Of a stretch of DNA of 64,000 nt, positions 12,623 to 26,771 are shown in pieces. Made by a program: the position numbers and the translations under genes. The notes beneath the pieces were generated by a model that worked only from the letters and a program-made list of their open reading frames with translations, was not told where the DNA came from and ran no database searches. The DNA comes from Eledone cirrhosa (taxonomy: Eukaryota), in assembly GCA_964016885.1 (NCBI GenBank), contig OZ024743.1, forward strand, positions 153,574,001-153,638,000, given 5' to 3'. The stretch's first letter is position 1. Each line of letters opens with the position of its first letter.

Positions 12623-14325
12623 TATACAAGTTAATATAAATTAATATATATGATAAACACTAATACAATCATATAGATGTTTGCATTGTAAATGACCAAG
12701 TTACCTGGATTGAAAAATACTAATTAGATTAATACAGTTTGCCTGTCTCGATTTAAAATAATAAATCAATAAAAACAAACCCATATTGGCAATGGCCGTG
12801 GTACTTGGACAAATTTAAATTTCAAAATCCAAACCTGTTCTGTAGATAAGTTTAAACTTCAAAACCCAAATAAGTTTCGATAATTGAAAAGGTGAAAAAT
12901 TTCATCTTCTGCTCTCATCAGCAAGTACCCAGAAAATTGGTGTTTCACCTCAAAATATTTAGGAGAACTGATTGACGCACATGGTTTCTCAGCGTCTAGC
13001 TATCTCATACTCGTGCGGCTATAAATAACAGCCGTTTTCATGGGATTAATCTAATTAGTATTTTTATGTATTAATCTAATTAGTATTTTTCAATCTAGCT
13101 AACTTGGTCATTTACAATGCAAACACCTATATGATTGTATTAGTGTTTATCATATATATTAATTTATATTAACTTATATTTCACGGCTCAGAAATACTTC
13201 TTTCTTTGAGCTAATTAATTGTAAAAGACTGTTTGAGTTTATAACTCTATATATATAGTATAACGGCTCCTTTTGTTGAGCTAATTTTAATCCCATAAAA
13301 ACGGCTGTTATTTCTAGCAGCACGAGTATGAGATAGCTAGACGCTGAGAAACCATGTGCGGCAATCAGTTCTCCTAAATATTTTAAGGTGAAACATACAA
13401 ATTTTCTGGGTACTTGCTGATGAGAGCAGAAGATGGAATTTTTCACCTTTTCAATTATCGAAACTTATTTGGGTTTTGAAGTTTAAACTTATCTACGGAA
13501 CAGGTTTGGTATTTTGAAATTTAAATTTGTCCAAGTACCACGGCCATTGCCAATATGGGTTTGTTTTTATTGATTTATTATTTTAAATCGAGACAGGCAA
13601 ACTGTATTAATCTAATTAATATTTTTCAATCTAGCTAACTTGGTCATTTACAATGCAAACACCTATATGATTGTATTAGTGTTTATCATATATATTAATT
13701 TATATTAACTTATATTTCACGGCTCAGAAATACTTCTTTCTTTGAGCTAATTAATTGTAAAAGACTGTTTGAGTTTATAACTCTCTATATATAGTATAAC
13801 GGCTCCTTTTGTTGAGCTAATTTTAATCCCATAAAAACGGCTGTTATTTCTAGCAGCACGAGTATGAGATAGCTAGACGCTGAGAAACCATGTGCGTCAA
13901 TCAGTTCTCCTAAATATTTTGAGGTGAAACATACCAATTTTCTGGGTACTTGCTGATGAGAGCAGAAGATGAAATTTTTCACCTTTTCAATTATCGAAAC
14001 TTATTTGGGTTTTGAAGTTTAAACTTATCTACGGAACAGGTTTGGATTTTGAAATTTAAATTTGTCCAAGTACCACGGCCATTGCCAATATGTGTTTGTT
14101 TTTATTGATTTATTATTTTAAATCGAGACAGACAAACTGTATTAATCTAATTAGTATTGTTCAATCTAGCTAACTTGGTCATTTACAATGCAAGCACCTA
14201 TATGATTGTATTGGTGTTTATCATATATATTAATTTATATTAACTTGTATTTCACGTCTCAGAAATACTTCTTTCTTTGAGCTAATTAATTGTAAAAGAC
14301 TGTTTGAGTTTATAACTCTCTATAT
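12623..14325 (+). mobile_element. Hammerhead-containing 536-bp tandem element (about 2.35 units) preceded by an inverted ~430-bp arm
   Basis: Units start near 13069, 13605 and 14140; 12623-13048 is an inverted copy; (TA)n on both flanks; no coding capacity. Confidence 0.85.
13409..13539 (+). ncRNA. Type I hammerhead ribozyme with extended stems II and III
   Basis: GGTACTTG-CTGATGA-stem II-GAAAC-~64-nt G.U-rich hairpin-GTC^CAAGTACC. Further copies at 13945-14074 (+) and 12800-12929 (-). Confidence 0.75.
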
Positions 14326-15065
14326 ATAGTATATATATATATATATATTTGTGTGTGTGTGTGTATATATATATACACACACACACACACATATATATAT
14401 ATGTACATCTATGTGTGTGTGTGTGTATGTATATCTTTTTATATGTGTATGTATGTATATATACACACGTGGGTGTGTGTATGTGTGTACATATGTGTCT
14501 GTGTGTGATTGTAAAGACCTGACCATTTTGTAGACTTTAACACAGCATGTTGATACACACCCCCTTAACCCTTTAGCATTCACATTATTTTATATATACT
14601 ATTATATTTTCATGGTAAAGGCTTTACCTCACTTAATTATCTCACATAATATCGAATCTATGAGATTTGGGAAGTATTTATTTTGAGAACAATACCTTAA
14701 CATCAGTTTGAGCAACAAGTTACAGCCAGTTTCAACAAAAAGAGGTAGAGAATTCTGGCCGGTTTGCACACTAAAGGGTTAAAGAAAAACTTTTTGTCTG
14801 CTTAGCATATTTGCACCTTGAAAAATAAGGAGTGCCTGCTTTTGTATCCCTCAGTACCACTATGCATTTTTTTGTAAGTATAGTTTTCAAATAATCCCCA
14901 TTCTTTAAATCCATCAGCCAATGAACTCCACCCATCCCGATCACCACCTTTCCCTACCACCAGAAAATGTATTAATATCACCATAACTCATTGATGATTT
15001 CCTTCGAATGAAACAGTTCTAGTCTTGTAGATGCCATCTCTTATTATATATACATATATATGTGT

Positions 15066-15409
15066 GAAGGTACATGGCTTAGTGGTTAGAGCATTGACCT
15101 TGCAATGAAAAGGTTGTGAGTTCAATGTTTGGACCGGGTGATGTGTTGTTTCCTTGAGCAAGATACTTTATTTCACATTGCTCCAGTTTACTCAACTGTA
15201 GAAATGAGATGATAGGACTGGGGTCCCTTTCATTCCACTGCAAAGTGGTCATGGAGGTGCCACGGCAAAAAAGCACCTAGCCCACACTGTAAAGTGGACG
15301 TGTAGGCGCCTCTGAAAAAAAGCACCCAGCACTCACTGTAAATGAGGTTGGTGTTAGGAAGGGCATCCATCTGTAGAAATCAAGCCAGAATCAGTTCCCG
15401 TATGAGCAA
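15066..15409 (+). mobile_element. SINE family A
   Basis: A/B boxes, CORE-like block, longer RTE-type tail matching 6950-7110. Confidence 0.85.
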
Positions 15410-15666
15410 TATATCTATCCATCTCAAATTATTAGAGACCAAGCCTACAGAAATCTGAAAGACTTCTCTATTTAATACCATGATATTTTTGAGGATCAAA
15501 CCTTTTGTTTTACAAGACACTCTTTTGTATGATTTACTTTCAAAGCACTCCACTTTGCCTTCATGTATGTTCCAAGTTCCACTAATGAAAGAAACTTCTC
15601 GGATTCACTGAGAGAGAGAAAATTAAGAATCCATATGTATGTATATGTATATATATATATATATAA

Positions 15667-16523
15667 ATGGAAAAAATGAAATTTCATTTCTCACTCTTAG
15701 TACGGCTGATACTTAAATATAAGTATGTATACGTACATACATATATGTATACAGACGTACAGTAGTATATATACATACATGCACACATATATATATGTAC
15801 GTATGGGTTTACCAAACATTTATTATAATGTTCGGTTTGTTTGTAAACAAAGAACCCGAATTAAGCCGTACAGTGTTCGGCAACAATCGTTGCCCTTTTG
15901 TTCAACACTGACAAAGGAACGATGAGCTAGTTTCTAGCTTATTAGCTGTCATCAGCACCATATACCCTCCTGTCAATTGATTGAACGTTTGAATGTATAT
16001 ACTTTCCTTATGCATATTAACGGCTGAGCAGCCTAATTTGCATATCGAATGAGTTAGTCGGCCGGGCGTACCGAAAACGATAAATGGAAAAGATGAAATT
16101 TGATTTCTCACTCTTAGTACGGCTGATACTTAAATATAAGTATGTATACGTACATACATATATGTATACAGACATACAGTAGTATGTATATACATACATA
16201 CATGCACACACATATATATGTGAAATTTCATTTTTTCCATCTATCGTTTTCGGTACGCCCAGCCGACTAACTCATTCGATATGCAAATTAGACTGCTCAG
16301 CCGTTAATATGCATAAGGAAAGTATATACTTTCAAATGTTCAATCGATTGACAGGACGGTATACCGTGTTGATGACAGCTAATAAGCTAGAAACTAGTTC
16401 ATCGTTCCTTTGTCAGTGTTGAACAAAAGGGCAACGATGGTTTCCGAACACTGTACGGCTTAATTCGGGCTGTTTGTTTACAAACAAACCGAACATTATA
16501 ATAAATGTTTGGTAAACCCATAC

Positions 16524-16566
<43 letters not shown>

Positions 16567-16630
16567 CATGTTTGTATGTATATACATACTACTGTACGTC
16601 TGTATACATATATGTATGTACGTATACATA

Positions 16631-16635
<5 letters not shown>
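15667..16635. mobile_element. 417-bp monomer element (about 1.3 units) followed by an inverted copy, with degenerate hammerheads
   Basis: 15667 repeats at 16084; 16221-16635 is inverted; flanked by (TA)n. Consensus fold ACGGTG-CTGATGA-cAGCT/AGCTa-GAAAC-TA-GTT^CATCGT at 15919-15961 (-) and 16363-16405 (+). Confidence 0.75.
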
Positions 16636-16684
<49 letters not shown>

Positions 16685-16685
<1 letters not shown>

Positions 16686-16830
16686 AGGAAAAGAGTCAGG
16701 ACCCCAACGGCTGAGCTCCAGCGATTTCAACAGCTAGATCTGAACTAAACCAGTAATAATTTTGGTTTAGTTTGGATCTAGTTGTCAAAACGGCCAGAGC
16801 TCAGTTGTTGGGGTCCTGACTCTTTTCCTA
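16685..16830. repeat. ~145-nt imperfect hairpin
   Basis: TAGGAAAAGAGTCAGGACCCCAAC... pairs with ...GTTGGGGTCCTGACTCTTTTCCTA; the right arm plus downstream sequence recurs at ~37205-37277. Confidence 0.8.
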
Positions 16831-17244
16831 TTACCCACTCTACTACCCTAAGTATCGAGTACTCTGGTGCCTTATGGTCCACTTGGTTTCTTACCCCATT
16901 TTTTTTGTTATATATATATAATGCCTATTCTAAGCAAAAATCACAGGATTAACTTCCCAGCTACTGCTGGTACTCACTCTCAGCTGAACATACTGGAACA
17001 GCATGAAATACAAAGTATACAAATTAGGTTATAGAAATGTAATCAGTTTTCAAATTTGTAACCTTAAGATATCAGTAAACTAATTCTTTAGCTATTTGTG
17101 TTGCATATCTAAATAGTTATCCTCGCCTACATTTTACGTCCGCTTTTCATGTTGGCATGGGTTGGACGGATCATAACTGTTTGAGATTACATAAATCGGA
17201 GAACCACATTTTGCTAATACGTTCTATCATTTAACCAAGTTTCC

Positions 17245-17372
17245 ATGGCTTAGTAGTTAGAGCGATGGGCTTGTAATCGTGATGTTGTGAGTTCGATTCC
17301 TGGACCAGTGATGCATTATGTCCTTGAACAAGACACTTTATTTCACATAGCTCCAATTTACTCAGCTGTAGT
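17245..17372 (+). mobile_element. SINE family A-related head fragment
   Basis: CATGGCTTAGTAGTTAGAG...GAGTTCGATTCC...CCTTGAACAAGACACTTTA. Confidence 0.7.
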
Positions 17373-18469
17373 TGCGATATGGTATATATATATATATATA
17401 TATATATAAAACTAAAATGAAATTAAAGATGTCATGTCTGAGAATTATATATATATATATATATATAACATTAAATTCTCCGACAATATATATATATTTG
17501 TGTGTGTGTCAATATATATACCCTACGCATTTAAAATATATATCATCAATGAAGTGAATACATTCATGAAATGATAATGTTGTTATTTTGTTCTATCAAT
17601 AGGAAATTTTGCTTCAGACATAAATATTTGCGAATGTTTATTAGAACTTTGGTCTCTAGTCAATATCTTATGTTGATATACATTCTAAAATACACACAAC
17701 ATGCTATTTTTACTTCTCATAGTAGAAATCGAGAAGGATATTTGACAAATTGAGTAAAACGGGATAAAAGAAGAGGAAAAAACAAGTTACATATTGGAAA
17801 ATATAATAAAAGGTTGGTCAATATTTATCACTCAAGAGACAATTTTAACTGGATATTTTAAGGCTATTGCAAGGGTCGAAAGTGTTTCTTTTGACTTGCT
17901 TGCAATATTTTCTGTGTAATCTAATTTGATGTAGTTACTATAGGTTAAAGTTGTCCCAAGTTGTGGAGAGAAATTGCTCAAATTAATGGCTGTGGTTCTT
18001 ACAATTGTGGATATAAATTTATTCCAAATGAAACTGTACAAGGTTGATACTTATTATATTAGTGGCAGAAAAGTAAGAAAAAAGTAGAATTGCTGTAAAA
18101 ATCTGATTTATTTTTCTTTTCAAAAAGATATCAGGAGTGCAATGTAAATATAAAGTTAACTATATATGATCAATCATTATAATTTTACAAGAACAGGAAT
18201 GTTAGGTTCTGACTGAATCTAATGTTGTTTAAATAAATTTATGATTTGTACATACATACATACATAAATACATACATAAATTTGTGCATGCATGTATGCA
18301 TACCTGATGGCTGTCTACTTGATTTCGAGTTTGATGTCTATCTTACTCATATGATAACAATGTCATTAGCATTATAATGAGTTCGATATTGTTTTGCTTT
18401 TTTAAACCAGCAATTGATTTACATTGAATGTTACATAAACAACATACATTTTGACCTTCATTAGCAACC

Positions 18470-19602
18470 CAAACAATGGGGCCCAAACCAATGCAAGATA
18501 CTTTTCATCATGATGTACTAGCAGAAAACCTACCTTGGAGGAAGTGGAAATGCCTGTAAACAACTCAATAATGGAAAGTTGCCAGGGAGCAGTGGTATTT
18601 GTGCTGAGATACTGAAATATGGAAATCAAAACATTCTTTGACTTCTTACAAAATTGATACATAAGGTTTGGGAGGAAGAAAGTGTTCACCAAGACTCGAA
18701 ATATGCATTGATTATGTTGCTTTATAAAGGGAAAGGTGCAAAGGATGAGTGTGGTAATTATCATAGGATATCCCTTCTGTCAGTTGTGTAAGTTTATGCT
18801 GGACAGATTTGCTTGATAATATCATTGGCAATGTTCTTCCTGAGTTGCAGTGTAGCTTTAGAAGTGGCACAGAGTCAACAGACATGATCTTCTCTGTGAG
18901 GCAACTACAGGAGAAGTGCATTGAACAGGGGATGGATTTATATCATGTCCTGTTGCCTTGACAAAGGCTTTTGAGGCACTGAATAGGGCTGAGTTATGGA
19001 TGAGTCTGTTTAAGTTTGGTTGTCCTGAAAAGTTCATATCAGTTCTGAAAGGTTTTCACAATAGTATTAAAGCTTGTGCCAATATCGTTGAAGAAGTGTC
19101 AGACCATATTTATGTTGAAAATGGGGTAAAAGAAGGGGATATACCAGCACCTACACTGTTTGATTTTTATTTCTCCATGGTTTTCCTTATGGCATTTAAA
19201 GACTGCACACATGGTATTTATATCAAATAACATTCAATATTCAAGTTGTTCAACCTCAGACAGTTTGCTGCCAAAACAAGTGTGGTAACTTCTTTAATAC
19301 ATGAATTTTTGTATGCAGGTGATTTTGATCTTATTGTTTACTCTGAGAAGAATATGCAGCAGCTGGCCAGGGCAGTTGTCATGTATCAACCTGTTCCAGG
19401 GAAGGATTTCACTGAGACCAGCATTTATGTGTATGGCAAAACAATGAAGGTGGTGGATGAATTTGTGTATTTAGGCACTACAATTAACATGACAGACACC
19501 CTTGATGATGAAATTGCTTTACAACTAAAGAAAGTAAGTGATTCTTTTGATAACTTAGATGGACGTCTCTGGTTTCAACATAGAATATCCATGTGGTTGT
19601 GA
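18470..19602 (+). mobile_element. Degenerate RTE (BovB-like) RT fragment
   Basis: LYKGKGAKDECGNYHRISLLS, TKAFE.LNR..LW..L.KFGCPEKFI, NGVKEG...APTLF, FLYAGDF, VDEFVYLG; frameshifted. Confidence 0.8.
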
Positions 19603-20401
19603 AGTAATCTTCTTAAGCCATGCTTGCACTCATTTTGTTTGTGCTCAGTCAAGGATTACAAGTTATTTAATGATGGTAGGGTGTGAGTTAAAACATATTT
19701 GGCTGTTATTTCTAGCAGATTCAGCAGCAACATAAAGCTCCCCCATTGGCTGTTGAAAGACTCTTTATGAGCTGCTTGTTGATGTCACTATTCTGAAGCT
19801 ACATTTATAGATAGAAAGAATGATTTGAGACATTATTCAAGATAATCTTTGGTGCTTATTTTTGTTACCTGTGGTATATCGATGATGAAGCTGAAATTGA
19901 AGTACTAGTCAGAAAAGAGATTTCTTTCCTTGAAGATGCTGCCAAATGCTTTGATAATTCAAGCAATTCATCATTTAGATTGCAAAAATTTGGAAAAGCT
20001 TGGTTTGGTATAATTCAGTAATAAATTGTAATAAATGGCTTAGTCTTGGACATGAGAATTTCATGGTGCTAAGGAAGCAAAGCTTTAGCAAATTGAGCAT
20101 TTAACAAAATAATAATAGAGAATGGGATTGTGAAGGGAAGGTGAACCAGGTTTAATGTGTGTGTACTATGATAAAGAAGCTGGAAGAAAAGGGAACGGGA
20201 AATATGTTGTTCTTTTTAATAAAGTGATGCTAACAGGGCCACACATTCATTTTTTATTTTTTTAATTCTTTTTATTAGTTTCAGTCATTAGATTGCGGCC
20301 ATGCTGTGGCACCTCTTTAATTTATTGACCCCTGTACTTATTTTTGAAATGAATACATACACAGACACTCATGTAAGCATGGACACATGAACACACACAC
20401 A

Positions 20402-20435
<34 letters not shown>

Positions 20436-20449
20436 CATAGATTTAGATT

Positions 20450-21065
20450 CAGACGAATTGAATTGAAAGGTCTTAAATCGACTTGGCAATGACTAAAGTT
20501 CTAGTATGCAGAAAGGAAAAGAGGGCCCAGAATACCTGAGGGAAATGGCCTTGCTTAGTGTGCTGGAAGTGGGTAGGTAGAAATTCCATCCTGTGCCCCA
20601 AACACAAATTATTATTTCTACTTTTGGCACAAGGCCAGCAATCACACCAGTGTATTACTGGTACTTTATTTTATCGACGCTGTAAGGATGAAAGGCAAAG
20701 TTAACCCTGGTGATTTGAACTCAGACCATAAATGGCCGTAACTCTTTGCTGCAAAGCATGGCGTCCGACCCTCTACCGATACTGCCAATCCACACAAATT
20801 ATGGTTACACAAAAGATGTAGTGTGATTTCAGGTAGGCTAGCAAAGAACATAGGTTTTATATGTGGTTGTAGCACAGCTCATTTAAATGCCCAAAGGGCT
20901 CAGTAGATGTAGTTGAAAATTTCTGTTACCTGGGAGACTAAATTAGCAGTGGAGGTGGGTGTTCCAAAGGTACTGTAGCCAGAGAGGGAACATCATGGAG
21001 AAAGTTCAGTGAGCTACTACCACTGCTAACCTTAAAAATGTTTTTTCCTCAAAATGAAGGACAGC
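20450..21065 (+). mobile_element. Degenerate RTE fragment interrupted by SINE family B (20609-20791, minus)
   Basis: Homologous to 48140-48600; SINE flanked by duplicated ACACAAATTAT. Confidence 0.75.
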
Positions 21066-23886
21066 TTTGTAAATAAACGATTTTTCAACATTTATACCAA
21101 ACTTTGAATTTATCCTTATTATACATATACTCTGTGATGAATTGACAAATTACATTTGGAAGAAAACACATGACATTGAATGTTTAATTTGAATTGCATC
21201 ATTGTTTACTGATCGGTGTGTTGCATATGGAACCCCAATTAGGCAACATATTTACCATCAGTTATATATATATATATATATATACTTCTAATTTGTTTCT
21301 AACTAAATTAATCAAGCACCAAGATAGAAATCTATTTTTAGAACTTCTATTTGAGGAAACATATATAGTTTGTTGTAAGTTTAAGGACCCATGTGACTAT
21401 AGTTGTGATTATATATTTGTAGCATCAGAAGTAACCCCAGAGGCCATGTAAATGCAATACTATTCTTATTGGATAATATCTGCTGATGAAACCAGTCTGT
21501 TTTACTTGCATATGCAATTTCAGTAAATGTGTATCATGCATTTAGCCGGGCATGTCAGAAACTAACGTTGGTCCAAGTAAAGGTTTTTTCCTGGCTTTTT
21601 CTTGTTATTTTCTGTTTGATTTCACTACATTCTCTATGTCTCCTGCACAAATTCCTTTCGAAATCACACATATTTAGTTGTCCAGAAATTAATGGCATTT
21701 TTTAGACTTTTGACACTTTTAGAAAATAGATTATTTCCCTCTATTATTGAGTTGATCAGGTAATTCCAGATTTGTTGGATTATCAGGTAATTTTGGTGAC
21801 AATTCATTCCTTATATATATGTACAAACAACATGCTTTTGAAGTTTCTGTCAACCAAGTTCTACTCACAAGTTATTGGTCAGTACAAAACTATAATAGAA
21901 GACACTTGCTCGAGATTCCACATAGCAGGACGGAATAATGATTGTGAAGTGAACTCCTTAACTACTCAGCCATGCTTATATTTATAGCACCTCTAGATTG
22001 CAAAACAATTGTAATGTTCATTGATTTTATGTCTTAGGTTGTAGTTAAACAATAAATATAAATAGCTTATTTTTGGAAAGGATTTGTATTTGTCGTTAAT
22101 TCAACAATTCATTCCCTAACAGATGTTATTGGTTTCATGATTAGAACAAAATTATTTCATATTTAATAACATTATTAAAATTCATTCACTATTTTTCAGT
22201 TCCTCCTCATTTCTATAGAATAAAACAATGAGATTTATTAAAAGAACAGCATCTTGATGTGGTAAAGATTTGGTCAAACAAAACAACTGCAAAAATATAA
22301 ACATAAACTCTGAACACAAAACCATTAAACTATGCACGAGGTGTTTTCCGAAAATATTTAAAAAACAATATAATGTTTTATAACTGTTGTCTTAATAGAG
22401 TTTAGAAATAAATGTTTAGAAGTGGAAGGTTTTCTGATAGATAGTGTGAAATTATTTTATCTATATTTTTTAAAATTTTAATTGTGAATTTAATTTACTG
22501 AAGGCTGTTTAAAACAACTCTATTTTAGAAGCTTTCTAAATGATACACACACAATGAGTGACACCAAATTAGTGTCATAAAAACAGAAAAAATCTATTTA
22601 ATTAAAAGAATGGAATTTAATTTTTCTGCAGAATGTAATCAAATAATTCAGTTTTGTTTTCTTTACACAATATGCTTGACTTCATGCAGTGTTTGTAAAT
22701 ATTTTGAAGTTTGGTGCAATATTCTGCTGTGTCATTAAATTTATTTTTTCTTTGCTATTGTGTTCTTGTTGTTGAAATGCAAGTGATTATTTGAATGGAA
22801 GAATGAATTCTGCCTCGTTTCTAAATTTCTTTTCTAACAGAAAGGATTTCTTATTTGTAGCAACTGTTATTTTACTTCATGTTTCATTAACTTTCAATTA
22901 TGCATAATGTTAATTTCCTTATGCAGCTATTTACCTCTTATCATCATAAACAATTCTGAATCTTGACTCTCTTTCTTTCATATCTGTTTGCATTTTATCC
23001 TACTCACTCTATTACCCTCTGTTTTTCCATCCCTAACTCTTAATCTAAATGCCTGTTCATCCATTCCATATATTATTTGGAGAAACAGTAAACATTTCAT
23101 ACACTTCAAAATCAGTACACCTATCTCATATGTTGTTAACAATTTTTGCACTAAATGGTGTACTATTAAAAAAATTGTTAGATATATTGATTTCATACAT
23201 AAGTGCAAGATTTCAGATTTACTGACGGGTATGAAAAATGGGAAGTCATGATATTTATTTTATTCAAAAACTCATTAGAAGTGTAAATGATGTGAAATGG
23301 TTTAAAATTAGTAATCAAATTAGATTTCAGATTTGATTTTTTTAGATATTTAGAATTTTATAAAGCTCTCACAGATTCACATATTAACTTCTTATATAGC
23401 TACACTACTAATTGTTGAAAGGTAAGAATATGCTTTCATTGGCTCAACCTCAAATATTATTGGTATGTATCACTATTAGCAAGTAAAAAGAATATTCAAT
23501 CCCTGCAGCATTAAAAATCTAATCCTGCAAAAGTTTGAATTACATAAAATAAATATGTGTACGTTCTTTCATACAATATATTTGTATGAAAGAAATGGAA
23601 ACTTGCATTGCTTATCCCTCACTGTAAGTGTTAGTGGTTAACGACAGTTGGATAAAAAGAACTCCAAATTGGGATATGGATTTTATGAACATGGAGCTTG
23701 CATCTAAGACATTCAGATAAATATTGTAATATTGTTAACATTGATTAAAGATTTGAAGGAGGAGAGACAAGGTTTCTACCTTTTGAACTCCATCCCATTT
23801 GAGTGAGATCGATGCATTTGATGTTCTGCTTGTTTATAACTGCATGAAAATATATGCAAGTAGGAAGTGAATTTCAGGTGTTGCAT

Positions 23887-24440
23887 TTCTCAAGAGTTCT
23901 AGTGAGTCACAGAAAGAGATACACAATCTTGACAAAAGGCAATTACCCAGAAACAACATTGTCGATTGTTTCTCTGTGCCACTGCTAGAACAAAAGGGTG
24001 ATAATGGTCATGTAAAGAACATTGCATAATAAGGCTGTTTGCTTGCAAACAAATCAAATATTATTATTATCCGATATAAAACTCACAAATACATTTATGT
24101 ATCCACTATTTAGAACGAAAAACCAAATTCTAATTTTGTTTTTAACTTTTGGCAAAGCCAGCTGTAAAATCGCTCAGTATGCACATAAAGTTAATCAGTC
24201 GATGTATATTTTAGAGAATACTATATATTCTCAAGAGTTCTAGTGAGTGATAGAGAGATATATACACAATCTTGACAAAGGGCTACAACCCAGAAACAAT
24301 GGTGTTGATTGTTTCTCTCTGCCATTGTTAGAACAAAGGATGATGAGGGTCATGTAAAAAACATAGTATAACAAGGGTGTTTGCTTGCAAAAAAAATCGA
24401 ATATTATTATTATTTGATATAAAACTCACAAATACATGAT
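23887..24440 (+). repeat. Diverged local direct duplication (~210 bp, period ~341)
   Basis: TTCTCAAGAGTTCTAGTGAGT...AAACTCACAAATACAT at 23887-24093 and 24228-24437. Confidence 0.8.
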
Positions 24441-26428
24441 CATATTTCTCTTTATCATTATTATTGTTGCAGTTTTAACATTCATATCCCATATTGTGCT
24501 TAGTTTCTCATCTTCTGTCTAGAGAATGTTTTGTTCATAGAATATTGAAATATTTATACAAATATAGAGATTGTCGTTCCTTCCTTTGATAATTGTATCG
24601 TTATGGTTTGGATTGATCTCATTGTCAATATGGATGACTGTATGACAGTTATATATATTGTGTGAGTTACACACGTATATACCCTCCATGCAGTTCTCAC
24701 ATACACATGTCAAGATATTGCTCAATTGACATAGTTGTGTCTGTTGCTATACTTGATTTTGCAAGCACAGGGCTGCCAGAAATAATGTCTCATTGTAATG
24801 ACTGTATAGCTTTCTGCTAATGTTAGCCTCATGATTCATTATTTTGTTCTTATAGTGTATATGTAGCTAGATATCGATTCTTCTGTAGCTGAACTAAGAC
24901 TAGTTTCTACTTTTAATTCAGAATTATTATAAATATCCTCATTCAGGTGGAATTATGAGAAAATGGTCATCCCATTCAGTGTCCACGAATCGCTGGTCTG
25001 TGTAATTATGTGCAACAACAGCTATTTTATGTAGCACATATTGGAATGGTAGCTGAATACAATATGAAATCAATATGCTGCGTTTTATGTAAAGAAATGG
25101 AAAAGGTTTACATTTTTTGAATAACCGGGAGAAAGACGTCCATTATACACAAACCAAAAAGGGTTCGGGATTATTATTTTCTTCTACACTGAAACTTCAT
25201 CAACTATAACAACTATAATTTTGTAGGGCTACATGATACTTCAGCATTAGAGTCAATTAGGGAGCCTCTTTGTGATCATTTGACCTGCTAGAAATAGCAG
25301 CCAAATTCTTGGTCATTGTAGTCTCAGATTACAGAATTAGGTTTACGAGGGACTAAACAACATCAACTGATCTGAAATAAACTGCAGTAATATTTGGGAT
25401 AATGCTGAAATTTAGATTGTATTAAAAATGTCATTCAACTGCTTGTCAATAATTCATTCACCAACATGATTTAATCACGAACTAAATAGTGCACATTCTC
25501 TTTCCTCTACATTATTTATTACTATTACAGTGACCTCTGTTCATTTGAACAAGATAGCTGCCCATTGTCTCTACCGTGATCCACCTGATAATCCATTTCT
25601 CTTCCTAATAGCATCTGTACTATACTCCAACTCTCAGACGCCATATAAAAGATATTGTCCACTCTTTTTCAAATAATACCATAAACCACTGGAATTATCT
25701 CGGCATATACACTTTTTTTCTTGCTGACATTGTCTTACAGATGTTCAAAATGAACAGCAATCACATCAAACTTACATATCTGGGGTGGAAGTCTACAAAT
25801 ACCATGCACATTAATTCTTCTCTCTTGGCTTTGTTTTGAAAAGATTTCAAAATATGAAAATGATGATGAGAATAATAATGTATGAGTGTAGAGATTCTTA
25901 TCCATACACCATATTACGCTACAGAGAATATCATAGTGTTTTACCATTTCTTCAGTGAGGCCAAACAACGAAAGCAAAATACATCTTAAAAATCTTTTTC
26001 TATCTTCTTTCACTGCCAGCACATTACAGTTTTCTACTGAATGCTCATCCTTTTTTCCATATCAACCATTCATATATTGCAGATGCTTTTCCTCTGTGTT
26101 TTAACCAGTGTTTTAATGGCCGAGTACCACTTGACTTGCAGAAGAGCATCACATGTAAAACAGATTTTGTTTGTCCAACAGAATATGCTTGCCAATAAGT
26201 CTTACATATTCAGTATTCGTGTCTTATGGTAATGACACAATGGTGTATTTTGTAACACAAATGGTTAACATTGTATTAAATGTATTCCTTTTTCCAGAAA
26301 TTATGCTTTCCTTCACTAATTAGAGCTGACTATTGCCAGGCCCTTCTTCTTGACAGTATGATATATGACGCAGCACCATTTATGGAGCCATTGCTTGCTT
26401 TCAGGTATTGAGATTCTATACTCAGCTA

Positions 26429-26771
26429 TCATCATCATCATCATTTCATTTTACGTCCACTTTTCCCTGCTTGCAAGGGTGGGACGGGAACTGATTCTGG
26501 CTTGATTTCTACAGCTGGATGCCCTTCCTAACACCAACCTCATTTACAGTGAGTGCTGGGTGCTTTTTTGCCGTGGCACCTCCACGACCACTTTGCAGTG
26601 GAATGATAGGGACCCCAGTCCCTATCATCTCATTTCTACAGCTGAGTAAACTGGAGCAATGTGAAATAAAGTGTCTTGCTCAAGGAAACAACACATCACC
26701 CGGTCTGAGAATTGAACTCACAACCTTTCGATTGCAAGGCCAATGCTCTAACCACTAAGCCATGTGCCTTC
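26429..26771 (-). mobile_element. SINE family A, full length
   Basis: Near-identical to 141-476. Confidence 0.85.

Noticed and set aside
13069-14325. Regular repeats as a CRISPR-like array
   Set aside because: Whole 536-bp units repeat with no unique spacers; eukaryotic context and no cas genes.
21470-21520. ADETSLF motif resembling a pogo DDE segment
   Set aside because: Too short and isolated; no TIRs or further motifs seen.
25480-26380. Possible very old LINE remnant on the minus strand
   Set aside because: Only vague similarity; no motif I can state with confidence.
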